Positions 8,447 through 18,065 of a stretch of 35,653 nt of DNA are shown here, piece after piece. This DNA is from a virus (taxonomy: Duplodnaviria; Caudoviricetes). Below the pieces are notes generated by a model. It worked only from the letters and a program-made list of their open reading frames with translations. It was not told the origin of the DNA and did not search any database. Each line of letters begins with the position of its first letter. The first letter of the stretch is position 1. The stretch is from the IMG/VR virus record IMGVR_UViG_3300032212_000091, positions 1 through 35,653 of that record. One strand, given 5' to 3'. The position numbers and the translations under genes were made by a program.

Positions 8447-8620
8447 ATGTATACAAGTATTAACTTCACAGCGATTAAATGTTCAGAGTGTGGCGAAACA
8501 ATTAAGATCCATCCAAATAAGCCTTTTGCAGGCATTGAATGTAAATGTACTAAGGCCAAGGCGGTTAAACCTAAAGAGGAAGCAAAGCCAAAGGCGAAAA
8601 CAAAAACAAAGGCTAACTAA
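8447..8620 (+). CDS. small zinc-ribbon protein with Lys/Ala-rich tail
   Basis: CSEC...CKC; AAGGA RBS before ATG 8447. Confidence 0.55.
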   Translation: MYTSINFTAIKCSECGETIKIHPNKPFAGIECKCTKAKAVKPKEEAKPKAKTKTKAN

Positions 8621-10161
8621 TGCCTTATAATATTGATAACATGATTAAGCGTGTCAAAAAGGCACGCTCTACTAAAACATTATGGGAAAGCAATCTAAGA
8701 GAGTGCTATAGATACACTATCCCTCACAAACAAACCTTTGACGAGTTTACAACAGGTGCAGAGAAGCACCAGTATGTTTTTGATAGTACGGCAGTAGTAG
8801 GCGTTGAAAAATTCGCCTCACGTATGCAATCACAACTTGTACCACCTTGGAGACACTGGGCTAAACTTGAAGCAGGCTCAGAGATACCAAAAGACGAAGT
8901 AGAAAGAGTTAACAAGCAGTTAGAAGAGGTAACGGATATTATTTTCGATCACCTTAACCATTCTAATTTTTCAACGCAAGTACATGAGTGCTTTTTAGAT
9001 CTGTCAATCAGCACTGGCGTACTTATTTGTGAAGAGAGTGACAGCGAGAAATCATCTCTAAACTTTCGCAGTGTTTCACTGTCTGAGGTTATGATTGAAC
9101 GCACTAACCAAGGTATTGTTAAAAACGTATGGCGTGAGTTATGTGTACCAGTGCAGGACATTAATCAGATTTGGCCTAAAGCTAAACTAAATGATGTTAT
9201 GCAAAAAATGCTACAAGAAGATCCACTCAAAGAGGTAAACCTAATCGAGGGCGTAGTGTATAACCCCGATGATGGAAGCTTTATGAGTATCCTCTTTAGC
9301 GAAAAACATAAGTTTCAAATGTACGAAGAGACACTTGAAACGTCACCTTGGATTGTGTTTCGTGAGTCTGTAATAGCAGGTGAAACACTTGGAAGAGGCC
9401 GCGTAATGACTCTTATTCACGACATTAAGTCACTTAATGAGATCGTTAGGATGAATCTTGACAACGCAGGTTTAGCCTCAGCAGGTGCATACACTGTTAG
9501 AAATGATGGTGTAGTTAACCCTTTCGGGATACGTATTGAGCCAAGATCTCTCATTCCAGTAGACAGTAACGAAACAGGAAACCCAACTTTAGCCCCTTTG
9601 CCTATGGGCGGTAACTTTGATTTAACACAATTAAGTATCAATGATCTAAGAGACAACATTAGAAACTATCTATATTCTCAGCCATTCGGACAAATAGACC
9701 AAACACCAGTGAGAAGCGCTACAGAAATGGGCATTAGAAATGAGGACTTAAATGCCACATCTTCGAGCGCCTTTGGACGCTTACAAACTGAGCTATTAGA
9801 TCAACTATTAACACGTGTTGTAAGCATTCTCACTAAGGCAGGCAAGATCGCACCTATTAAAGTGGATGGAAAGGAAGTTACAATTAAGTTTACCTCTCCT
9901 ATGGCACGCAGACAAGACATTGAAGAGCTTGAAAGCACTTCAACATTTGGACAGTTTATGCAGATGCTACCGCCTGATATTGCACAGAAAGAAATTAACT
10001 ACTCAAACGTAGTGGAAAATCTTGTAAGAACTACTGGCGTTCCTAAGAATTACCAATACTCAGAAGAGGAAAAGGCAGAAAGAGCCGAGGCGGAAGCCAA
10101 GGCAAGAGCTGAGGCTATTCAGTTAGCACAAATGGAAGCAGAACAAGGAGATAAGCAGTGA
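8620..10161 (+). CDS. portal (head-tail connector, T7 gp8-like)
   Basis: 513 aa; FDSTA, GETLGRG, RSATE motifs. Confidence 0.93.
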   Translation: MPYNIDNMIKRVKKARSTKTLWESNLRECYRYTIPHKQTFDEFTTGAEKHQYVFDSTAVVGVEKFASRMQSQLVPPWRHWAKLEAGSEIPKDEVERVNKQLEEVTDIIFDHLNHSNFSTQVHECFLDLSISTGVLICEESDSEKSSLNFRSVSLSEVMIERTNQGIVKNVWRELCVPVQDINQIWPKAKLNDVMQKMLQEDPLKEVNLIEGVVYNPDDGSFMSILFSEKHKFQMYEETLETSPWIVFRESVIAGETLGRGRVMTLIHDIKSLNEIVRMNLDNAGLASAGAYTVRNDGVVNPFGIRIEPRSLIPVDSNETGNPTLAPLPMGGNFDLTQLSINDLRDNIRNYLYSQPFGQIDQTPVRSATEMGIRNEDLNATSSSAFGRLQTELLDQLLTRVVSILTKAGKIAPIKVDGKEVTIKFTSPMARRQDIEELESTSTFGQFMQMLPPDIAQKEINYSNVVENLVRTTGVPKNYQYSEEEKAERAEAEAKARAEAIQLAQMEAEQGDKQ

Positions 10162-10457
10162 ATTTAGCAAGTCACCTATACACAGCAGATTACAAGAATC
10201 AAAAGCCGTCCGACGCTCTCAGTGAGCAAGAGGCATGGTATAAAAAGCAAAATGTCATGGCCTCAAATTATAGAGCAATCTTTGAAAGCGAACTAGGCCA
10301 AATTGTTTTAAAAGACTTGATCGACAAGTGTCTAACGCGTCCTATCGCTATGGCTAATGATACACAAATACAGATAGGCATTAGAGAGGGTCGAGCTTCA
10401 TTAGTTCGTGATATTCTAGGCTTTATTCAACAATCAAAAGGGAATGATAATGGCTGA
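10158..10457 (+). CDS. Bbp19-like phage protein
   Basis: F.SE.GQ.VL.DL and REG R..V..I motifs; follows portal. Confidence 0.75.
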   Translation: MNLASHLYTADYKNQKPSDALSEQEAWYKKQNVMASNYRAIFESELGQIVLKDLIDKCLTRPIAMANDTQIQIGIREGRASLVRDILGFIQQSKGNDNG

Positions 10458-10992
10458 TACAGAATTACAAGCGATACTTTCAGGTGGTGCAATTACCAAT
10501 ATTCAGATAGGCGGTGCAACAGTCAATGAGGCCGTACCTGTAAAATCGGAACTTAAAGATCCGTCCTTACAAGAAGTAGGAATCACAAACATGAGAGGTG
10601 CTAACATAGCGCCTCAGTCACTAATAGCCGACACACCTGCAAAAGTAAATCTCTTTGATACCAAAGTAGTAGAGGCAGGCGTAGGCGTTTCGGGTTATGT
10701 GGTAACACAAAGAGCCACAGCTACACTTAATGGCTTGTTTAAGATACGCCTAGATGCCTTAGTAGATTATGCTTCAAATGTAGATATTACGTGGGATCTC
10801 TATAAAAATGGTTCACCTACTGGGGTACCAGTTACAATCTCAGGCCAAGGGGCTACAGCCTTTCAGATTGTTAAAGTCTCTACAGAATCATTTGTAGCTA
10901 CAGACTATATTGAACTATACGCTACAGCAAGTGCGGACACAACACTTAAGGTACATAGTGCTTACGGATCGTTTGAAAAAACCATATTTTAA
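10444..10992 (+). CDS. putative C1q/BclA-CTD-like beta-sandwich protein (likely start 10450)
   Basis: GLFKI, LYKNG and DYIELYA strand pattern. Confidence 0.5.
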   Translation: MIMADTELQAILSGGAITNIQIGGATVNEAVPVKSELKDPSLQEVGITNMRGANIAPQSLIADTPAKVNLFDTKVVEAGVGVSGYVVTQRATATLNGLFKIRLDALVDYASNVDITWDLYKNGSPTGVPVTISGQGATAFQIVKVSTESFVATDYIELYATASADTTLKVHSAYGSFEKTIF

Positions 10993-11055
10993 ATAGTGGC
11001 TCTTTAGGGGGCTACTGGTTTGCAATATGCAAAAATAAAACCAAAAGGATACTTG

Positions 11056-11760
11056 ATGAGTGAAGAAATCGCATCAACCCAAACAACAGAAACAGCACCC
11101 ACAGAGGGCGGAATAGAAATCACTGGTGGGTGGAATTATGCCGATGGTACGGCAGGAGCAGGCGAACGCCCTGAATGGTTTAAAGAAAAGTATACAACAG
11201 TATCAGATCAAGCGCAGGCTTATAACGAACTAGAAAAACGCTTTGGTGGCTTCACTGGTTCACCTGATGAGTTTACAATAGATGAAGGTGTAGAGTATGA
11301 CGCTGAAAACCCTCTTTTTGAAAAGTTGCAAACTTTAGCGCGTGAAAATAACATGAACAATGATCTATTTAATGGTCTTATTTCTATGTATAATGAGGCT
11401 CAATCTGAGTATTATGACATGGCTCAACAGATGGAGGTAGATGCACTAGGAGATAAAGCCGAAGCACGTATCAATAATATTGCAGATTGGGGAAGGGCGA
11501 ATTTACCTGAGGGCTTAAGTGATACTTTTTTGGATAATATGAGAACCGCTGATGATATTAAAGTTATGGAGCATATTATCAGTTTAACTAAAGAAACAAA
11601 AGTCGCAGGCGATCAAGTGCCATTAGGAAACACGCAAGACACAGCAGAGAGCCTGTATGAGTTGCAAATGGCTGTAGATAAAAATGGTGATCGCAGAATG
11701 AGTACCGACCCTGAATACAAAAAGTTCGTTGATGCAAAATTCTCCAACTTTTACAAGTAG
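11056..11760 (+). CDS. capsid scaffolding protein
   Basis: Acidic; RPEWF.EK..., AY.ELEK, DPEY..V motifs; precedes capsid; RBS AAGGA. Confidence 0.85.
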   Translation: MSEEIASTQTTETAPTEGGIEITGGWNYADGTAGAGERPEWFKEKYTTVSDQAQAYNELEKRFGGFTGSPDEFTIDEGVEYDAENPLFEKLQTLARENNMNNDLFNGLISMYNEAQSEYYDMAQQMEVDALGDKAEARINNIADWGRANLPEGLSDTFLDNMRTADDIKVMEHIISLTKETKVAGDQVPLGNTQDTAESLYELQMAVDKNGDRRMSTDPEYKKFVDAKFSNFYK

Positions 11761-11784
11761 ATTGATTAAGTTTTATACAACCAC

Positions 11785-11813
11785 TTGCATTAAAATTAAT
11801 CTTATGCTAGAAT
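11785..11813 (+). promoter_or_regulatory. promoter of major capsid gene
   Basis: TTGCAT-N17-TAGAAT with TG extension. Confidence 0.65.
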
Positions 11814-11963
11814 TTTTCTAGTGTAAATATAAACTACTTACCGAGACACCTCTTATGAGCCTCACAAAGTAGGGATTATTTAGCGTAAAGCTATTTAACC
11901 CGCTTTTGTGGCGGACACCTAAAAGCTTACAACACAACTTATTAAAATCAAAAAGGACTCCAA

Positions 11964-12830
11964 ATGAGTTTAGAACTAAGCAAACAAGCTCTAACACAGT
12001 TTGATAACGAGGTAAAACACGCGTATCAAGGTGGCGGTAAGCTAATGGGTACAACTAGACGTATCACTGGCGTTACTGCTGACACTTACAAGTTTTCACA
12101 AATGGGTAAAGGTATGGCTACAGAGCGTACTGCACCATCAAGCGATGTTACACCAATGGATATTACTCACAATCGCCCGACTTGTGTATTAACAGACTGG
12201 GAAGCACCTGAGTACACAGATATTTACAATAAAGCAGAAGTAAACATTGATGAAGTTCAAGAGTTAGCAAAAACTATTTCTAAAGCTTTAGAGCGTCGTG
12301 ACGATCAAATGAAGATCAACGCTTTAGTTAGTGGTACTTACAATGCTACACCTGCTGAGGGCGAGGGAATGTTAATTGACACTAATGTCGGTGGTGCAGG
12401 AACAGGTCTTAATCTTGCTAAGTTAATCGCGGCACAAGAGCGTTTTGACGATTTAGAGGTGGAAGATACAGACCGATACTTCACAATTTCGGCTCAGGGT
12501 AAAGCAGATTTACTTAATGATTCTCAGCTAACAAGTGCTGATTATACAACTCTTAAAGCGTTAACTACTGGTAAAGTTGAAAATCTTCTAGGTTTCAATT
12601 TCATTATGATCGGTTCACGTGGCGAGGGTGGTCTACCTAAAGCAGGAGCAGTTCGTGACAACTTTGCGTGGGATAAGCAAGCCGTAGGCCAAGCCGTAGG
12701 TATCGACTTTAAAACACGTGTTGACTGGATTGCTCATAAATCTTCATGGTTATCAAATGGTATCTTTAAAGCAGGTGCTTGTATCATTGATAACGAGGGC
12801 GTTATTAAAATTCAAACTACCGAAGCGTAA
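11964..12830 (+). CDS. major capsid protein
   Basis: QFDNEVKHAYQ start, EYTDIYN, AL.RR.DQ, LGF.F motifs; 288 aa; follows scaffold. Confidence 0.92.
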   Translation: MSLELSKQALTQFDNEVKHAYQGGGKLMGTTRRITGVTADTYKFSQMGKGMATERTAPSSDVTPMDITHNRPTCVLTDWEAPEYTDIYNKAEVNIDEVQELAKTISKALERRDDQMKINALVSGTYNATPAEGEGMLIDTNVGGAGTGLNLAKLIAAQERFDDLEVEDTDRYFTISAQGKADLLNDSQLTSADYTTLKALTTGKVENLLGFNFIMIGSRGEGGLPKAGAVRDNFAWDKQAVGQAVGIDFKTRVDWIAHKSSWLSNGIFKAGACIIDNEGVIKIQTTEA

Positions 12831-12863
12831 AAGTTTCGGTATAATAAATAAAAAGGTTTTACT

Positions 12864-13112
12864 ATGGCATTTACAAGAGGTGCAATTTCAACTGGTTCTT
12901 TAGGTAATGGTTCGGCAAACCCGACATTACACACGGCAACGTCAGACACCACAAAACTACTCACAGTGGCGGCTGATTATTTCTTGCCAGTATACGATGT
13001 TTTAAATGTAGGTGATTTCATTTTGACAGCTTGTACTGATGGTGAAGTGCTATGCTCTGTAGTAACTTCAAGCCAAGCAGGTGTTACGGTTCGATCAGTA
13101 GCGTTAGCATAA
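12864..13112 (+). CDS. putative head decoration/minor capsid protein
   Basis: Small protein after capsid; ADYF...LNVGDFI motif. Confidence 0.6.
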   Translation: MAFTRGAISTGSLGNGSANPTLHTATSDTTKLLTVAADYFLPVYDVLNVGDFILTACTDGEVLCSVVTSSQAGVTVRSVALA

Positions 13113-13160
13113 TTTATTGATACTCCTTAGGGGGTATCTCATAAGTAATGAGGGGCTAAG

Positions 13161-13730
13161 ATGGCAGGTAATACAAGTAAATTAAAGATTATTTCAAGTG
13201 CTTTAGTCCTTATCGGAGCGGCACCGATCAACAGCCTCAACGATGCAGGGGCAGGGGCAGACACCGCAGAGGCACTCTACGAGAGTTCACTAGAAAACAT
13301 CTTGACACTACATAGATGGCGTTTCACTATGAAACAAGCTCAACTCTCACGATCAGCAGAGAAGCCACTATATAACTGGAAATACTCTTTTTATCTACCT
13401 AATGACTATCTATTCTTGGAAAAAACAAGCTCTATAGATTATGACATTATCGGAGATCGCTTATACTCAAATGATAATAATATCTTTATTGAGTATGGGT
13501 TTAGGGCTAGTGAGAGTAATTTTCCTGCATGGTTCACTAAGACACTAGAGTATTTTTTAGCCTCAGAATTTGCGATCCCTATTACTGGTAACGCTACTAA
13601 GGCTCAGTTTTATGCTGAGAGATTTGAGAAGCAGTTTAGCCGTGCAAGATATGAGGATAGCGTAGCAACCCCTACCAACCAACTAGGGCAAAGTCCATCT
13701 ATGTATCCTACCATAAGTGTTAGAGGCTAA
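13161..13730 (+). CDS. tail tubular protein A / adaptor (gp11-like)
   Basis: ALVLIGA.PI.SL, H.WRF, F.LP.DYL, FP.WF...L...LA motifs. Confidence 0.88.
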   Translation: MAGNTSKLKIISSALVLIGAAPINSLNDAGAGADTAEALYESSLENILTLHRWRFTMKQAQLSRSAEKPLYNWKYSFYLPNDYLFLEKTSSIDYDIIGDRLYSNDNNIFIEYGFRASESNFPAWFTKTLEYFLASEFAIPITGNATKAQFYAERFEKQFSRARYEDSVATPTNQLGQSPSMYPTISVRG

Positions 13731-15563
13731 ATGAAATCACATATAGTACAATCGGCCTTTACTTCAGGTGAGATAGCACCTACTCTACATGGTCGCGTTG
13801 ACATTGAGAAATATTATCAAGCTTTAGCTCAGGCTAAAAACGTGGTTATCATGCCTCATGGCGGCGTTCGACGCAGAGGCGGCCTTAAAAAGATCCTTGA
13901 TTATTCTAACGTATCCAACGAGGCAGACAAACAAATCATACGCATTGAGAGCTTTTCTTTCAACGTAGACCAAAGATACTTATTATCGTTTAGCTTAGAG
14001 GGATCAATAGGCTATGTAAGCGTAGTTAGATTACCCGATTTTGAGCCAATGACTAAAATAAGTATAGGAACATGGACGGCAGAAGAACTAAGAGACTTTG
14101 ATTATATTCAATCAGCCGATACAGTCCTTATAGCTCACGAAAAACACCCTCTAGGCCAAATTATTAGAGACAGTGCTAATGAAACAATATGGACTCATTC
14201 AGCGGTAGACTTAACTAATATTCCTACGCACACATTTGACACAGTGGCGGAGCCTGTTTGGAGTGCTACACGTGGCTATCCTAAGACATTAACCTTTCAT
14301 AAAGGCCGTCTTTGGATCGGTGGCAGTACCGATATGCCTAACACTGTTTGGGCTTCGGTTGTTAATGACTTCTTTAATTTCGATTTAGGCCTACAAGAAG
14401 CAGACAAAGCAATCTTTAACACTATAGATGATGACGAATTTAACGCGATTACTGGGATAGTATCAGGACGTGACTTGCAACTTTTTACTACTGGCTCAGA
14501 GTTTATACAAAAAACAGAGATACCATTACCTACAGATAGTAACTGGAAAAAGCAGACGAGATACGGAGCGAAACGTATTAGGCCTGCTATTATAGATGGG
14601 GCAACTTATTACGTAGATGAAAGCGGATCAACTGTTAGACAGCACTTATACGCAGACGAAGAGGGAGCTTATATCTCTCAAAATATCGCCTTAATGAGTT
14701 CTCATCTAATTAAGAACGTAAAAGAGATTATGACGGTTAAAGCTAGAGCTACAGACGTGAGTGATTTGTTAGTAGTTGTAAATGACGATGGAACAGTAGC
14801 GGTTATGAATTCAATGAGACATGAGGGCGTTTTAGGTTGGAGCCACTGGGATACTCAGGGTAAATTCATAGATGTAACAGTTTCAGGAAACGATATTTAC
14901 TTTGTGGTGGAGCGTATCGGTACGGACTTAATGCCTTACTATTTCATTGAGAAAATAGAAGAGGGTACTTATACCGATCATAACACCACTCTAGATGGAA
15001 TTGAGCCAATAACCTTCAACGTGACATTTGGTGGAGACAATCTTGTATTTAATGGCAGTAATGTAGTATTTACGGACATTTCAACAGGGGTTTACGTAAC
15101 AGAGTTACAGACTAACACCGTAGACGCTATGATAGGCCATGATTACAGATTGGTACTTGAAACAGCAATACAAAGCGATACTAACCTAACCTCAACGGCA
15201 ACCAACGCAAATAAAGCCGTTTTGCCAAGAAGTGCTTATAAAATTGATGTAGGCCTAGACTATCCAGTTGGGATTAAAACATTACCTCTAAATGTAGATC
15301 TTCAAGGCGGGGCTAATATCAACCTAAGAAAAAGAGTGGTGAGAGTTATTCTTAACATATACGAGTCTTTAGGTATTTACATTCAAGATACTTTTATGAG
15401 TGACAGAAAGCTAGTCTTAACGCTGGATAAATCACCCGATCCATTTACAGGCATAAAAGAGATTTACTTACTAGGATATGGTAGAATTGTGGACGTAGAA
15501 ATAACTCAAAAAGATCCACTACCATTCACGTTGAGAAATATTGATATAGAGTTAGAATTTTAA
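13731..15563 (+). CDS. tail tubular protein B / nozzle (gp12-like)
   Basis: FTSGEIAP.L.GR.D, GGVRRRGG, YP....FH.GRL, PLPFTL motifs. Confidence 0.9.
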   Translation: MKSHIVQSAFTSGEIAPTLHGRVDIEKYYQALAQAKNVVIMPHGGVRRRGGLKKILDYSNVSNEADKQIIRIESFSFNVDQRYLLSFSLEGSIGYVSVVRLPDFEPMTKISIGTWTAEELRDFDYIQSADTVLIAHEKHPLGQIIRDSANETIWTHSAVDLTNIPTHTFDTVAEPVWSATRGYPKTLTFHKGRLWIGGSTDMPNTVWASVVNDFFNFDLGLQEADKAIFNTIDDDEFNAITGIVSGRDLQLFTTGSEFIQKTEIPLPTDSNWKKQTRYGAKRIRPAIIDGATYYVDESGSTVRQHLYADEEGAYISQNIALMSSHLIKNVKEIMTVKARATDVSDLLVVVNDDGTVAVMNSMRHEGVLGWSHWDTQGKFIDVTVSGNDIYFVVERIGTDLMPYYFIEKIEEGTYTDHNTTLDGIEPITFNVTFGGDNLVFNGSNVVFTDISTGVYVTELQTNTVDAMIGHDYRLVLETAIQSDTNLTSTATNANKAVLPRSAYKIDVGLDYPVGIKTLPLNVDLQGGANINLRKRVVRVILNIYESLGIYIQDTFMSDRKLVLTLDKSPDPFTGIKEIYLLGYGRIVDVEITQKDPLPFTLRNIDIELEF

Positions 15564-15573
15564 AGGGGGCATC

Positions 15574-15969
15574 ATGGCAATAGGAAAGGCACAGGCTGTA
15601 GTAGGTACAATGCAGTTTTTATCAGAAGTTGGAGCAGGTCTAGCAAAAAAAAGAGAGATGAAAGCCCTCGCTAAACAATCAGAGCTGGACGCACTATCAG
15701 ATGAAGTCTCACGCATGGAAGATCTAAACGAAGCTATGGCTATGCAGGCTGTTATGTTTGGAGCAGGTGGAGTATCCGCAGGCGTGGGAAGCGCTAAAGC
15801 GATCACAGAGCAAAGCCTCACACAATTTGAGAGAGAGAAAAAAATGATCCGTGCTAAAGGTAGAGCTAAGGCGGCAGGACTAAGAGCGAGAGGCCACAGA
15901 GCATTGACAACAGGGTTTAGTAAGGGTGCTTTAAAAGCAGGCTCTACATTTGCAGGTAAAGGCATTTAG
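15574..15969 (+). CDS. internal virion (ejection) protein, gp14-like
   Basis: Ala/Gly-rich, AGGVSAGVGSA; follows nozzle. Confidence 0.7.
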   Translation: MAIGKAQAVVGTMQFLSEVGAGLAKKREMKALAKQSELDALSDEVSRMEDLNEAMAMQAVMFGAGGVSAGVGSAKAITEQSLTQFEREKKMIRAKGRAKAAGLRARGHRALTTGFSKGALKAGSTFAGKGI

Positions 15970-15971
15970 AT

Positions 15972-18062
15972 ATGGCTATTCCTATTTATAAAGGCAAGCA
16001 AATAAAAACTGATGTATCTTCTGCACAGGTGGGCATAGCTCAGGACGTACAGCAAGACATGAGCCTACTAAGTAAAAAATTAGGCCAGTTCGCAGGAACT
16101 CTAAGATCTGAACAGATAAAAAAAGCTCAGATTGACGCAGGCAACGAAGCAAGCAAACTTTTTGCAGACGGCGGGAACAGTAGGCGATTAAGAGAAGATA
16201 ACGGCTACTATAATGAGTCATTCAATCGTAGAATGTCTAGCCTTATGTTTAAACAGACTAACATAGATGCTACAAGTTATGCGAAAGAACTATATGATAA
16301 GCACGAAGATAATCCGCTGGGTTTTCAAGAGGCATTCGGAGCCTACAAAAAGAAAGCCCTAGAAAATGCCCCTGAATCTTTACGGGGCGATCTCTCAGTA
16401 AGTTTGGCCTCTATTGAATCGGCAAGCTCTTCTAGGCTACAATCACGCTATTTTAAAAAGCAAAAAGAACGCGAAAAGACAATACTTGATAACTCTTACA
16501 AGTTCGACCTAAAGAATTTGTCAGACTTTAATTATGAGGGTAATTTCGCTCAATCGGCTACCACATACAATTTTGCAAAGACAAGCCTTGACGCTCAACT
16601 ATCAGACGGTCTTATAGATGAAAAAGAGTACAAAGATAAATTAAGCGAGATCCAGTATACATCTATTCGTGGGTCTATGATGGGGATTAATGATCGCCTC
16701 TTAGAGAAAAAAGACTTTGTGAGAGCTGAGAAAAACATTAACGACTTTGCAGGCAAAACACACAAAGATATTTCAGTTAAGCAAAGAGAATCTATTGAAG
16801 CAAAGTTAAGACAAGATCTATCAAGAGCGAGAAGTTTAGAGGGTGGACGATTAAGAGCCTCAGATCAAGCGTTAAAGCACAATGTAAATGAAGCCGTTAA
16901 GATGTACCATCAAGGTAAGTTTTTAGCCAATATAGGCGAGATCACTAGAGAGGCAGAGGGTACAAAATACGAGCAAGAATTACACGAAGCTTCAAGAGTA
17001 TATAATGCTATAAGTGCTTACGTAGATCTACCACCAAAACAACTAGAGCAAGCTATTATTGATATAAGAAAACAAACTAAAGGCGGTACTACTGAGGGAG
17101 CAGAAGTTTTACTAAAAAGGCTAGGGGGATCTCTAAACAAAGATAAAGCCCTTTTAAAGAAATCTCCTTTGCAAGTAGCTTTAAATCATGGTTATATTGA
17201 TGAATTAGCACCACTTGACACATCAAGTCCTGAGAACTTCAAAGGCTCGTTAATGTCACGTATTGACGCATACAATAAGACCTATGAGACATACGGAGTT
17301 GTAGGCGGAGCTTTTAGCGACACAGAGCTAACAGACCTAGCAGGGAGATTCCCTAACATGACGATTGATAACAGACAATCAATCCTAGAATCTATCTCTA
17401 CTCTCCAAGGCTTAGAAAACGCACGAAAGATACCTAAGGGTACAGCTATGGCAACCTTTAAGCAACTAAATAAAAAAGGGTGGGGAGAGTTTAGTATAGC
17501 AGGTGCTTTATCTTTAGAGGGTGAAGATGCTACTAGTGAAATGATCCTTAACGGCACACGCTTAAAAAGTGCCAAAGAGTACAAGAAACCTAAAGGGTTC
17601 AACCTCACATATCAAACGGAACTTGGGAACGCTCTAACTGGAATGGATGCAACACAAACAAGTCTAAGAGATTCTTATTTCGCCTCTATTGAAAGTGTCT
17701 ATGCAATACTAGCTAAAGACAGCGAAGATGCTAAAACAGACATTGACGAGGGCTTACTCAATAAAGCTATCAAGCAAGTAACGGGCGGAACATATAGACA
17801 CAATAACAGCACTCTAATTATGCCCGTTCACGGAATGAGCGAGGACGATTTTGAGGAATGGTTCGATAATATCGGCAGTGAGAGCATCTTGGGAATTAAC
17901 GACAGGGTAAACAAAAACATATCTGATGAGGATTTTATAGAGTCTTTAAAAGAGGATTTTCAGATCGTCAACTTATCAAAAGGTGTTTACGGCTTTAAAT
18001 CAGACAAAGGCATTTTACGAGATAGTTTAGGCAACCCGATTAGATTAAGCTATACGGAGTAG
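15972..18062 (+). CDS. internal virion (ejection) protein
   Basis: 696 aa helical protein, synteny. Confidence 0.7.
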   Translation: MAIPIYKGKQIKTDVSSAQVGIAQDVQQDMSLLSKKLGQFAGTLRSEQIKKAQIDAGNEASKLFADGGNSRRLREDNGYYNESFNRRMSSLMFKQTNIDATSYAKELYDKHEDNPLGFQEAFGAYKKKALENAPESLRGDLSVSLASIESASSSRLQSRYFKKQKEREKTILDNSYKFDLKNLSDFNYEGNFAQSATTYNFAKTSLDAQLSDGLIDEKEYKDKLSEIQYTSIRGSMMGINDRLLEKKDFVRAEKNINDFAGKTHKDISVKQRESIEAKLRQDLSRARSLEGGRLRASDQALKHNVNEAVKMYHQGKFLANIGEITREAEGTKYEQELHEASRVYNAISAYVDLPPKQLEQAIIDIRKQTKGGTTEGAEVLLKRLGGSLNKDKALLKKSPLQVALNHGYIDELAPLDTSSPENFKGSLMSRIDAYNKTYETYGVVGGAFSDTELTDLAGRFPNMTIDNRQSILESISTLQGLENARKIPKGTAMATFKQLNKKGWGEFSIAGALSLEGEDATSEMILNGTRLKSAKEYKKPKGFNLTYQTELGNALTGMDATQTSLRDSYFASIESVYAILAKDSEDAKTDIDEGLLNKAIKQVTGGTYRHNNSTLIMPVHGMSEDDFEEWFDNIGSESILGINDRVNKNISDEDFIESLKEDFQIVNLSKGVYGFKSDKGILRDSLGNPIRLSYTE

Positions 18063-18065
18063 ATC

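Noticed and set aside
11818-12054. Minus-strand ORFs overlapping structural genes (also 8724, 8949, 9417, 15552, 17282, 20122 and others)
   Set aside because: Antisense shadows of well-supported genes, with no recognisable motifs.
12718-12903. T7-like capsid frameshift or readthrough extension
   Set aside because: A second in-frame TAA follows shortly after the capsid stop, no convincing slippery site is seen, and the downstream gene has its own RBS.
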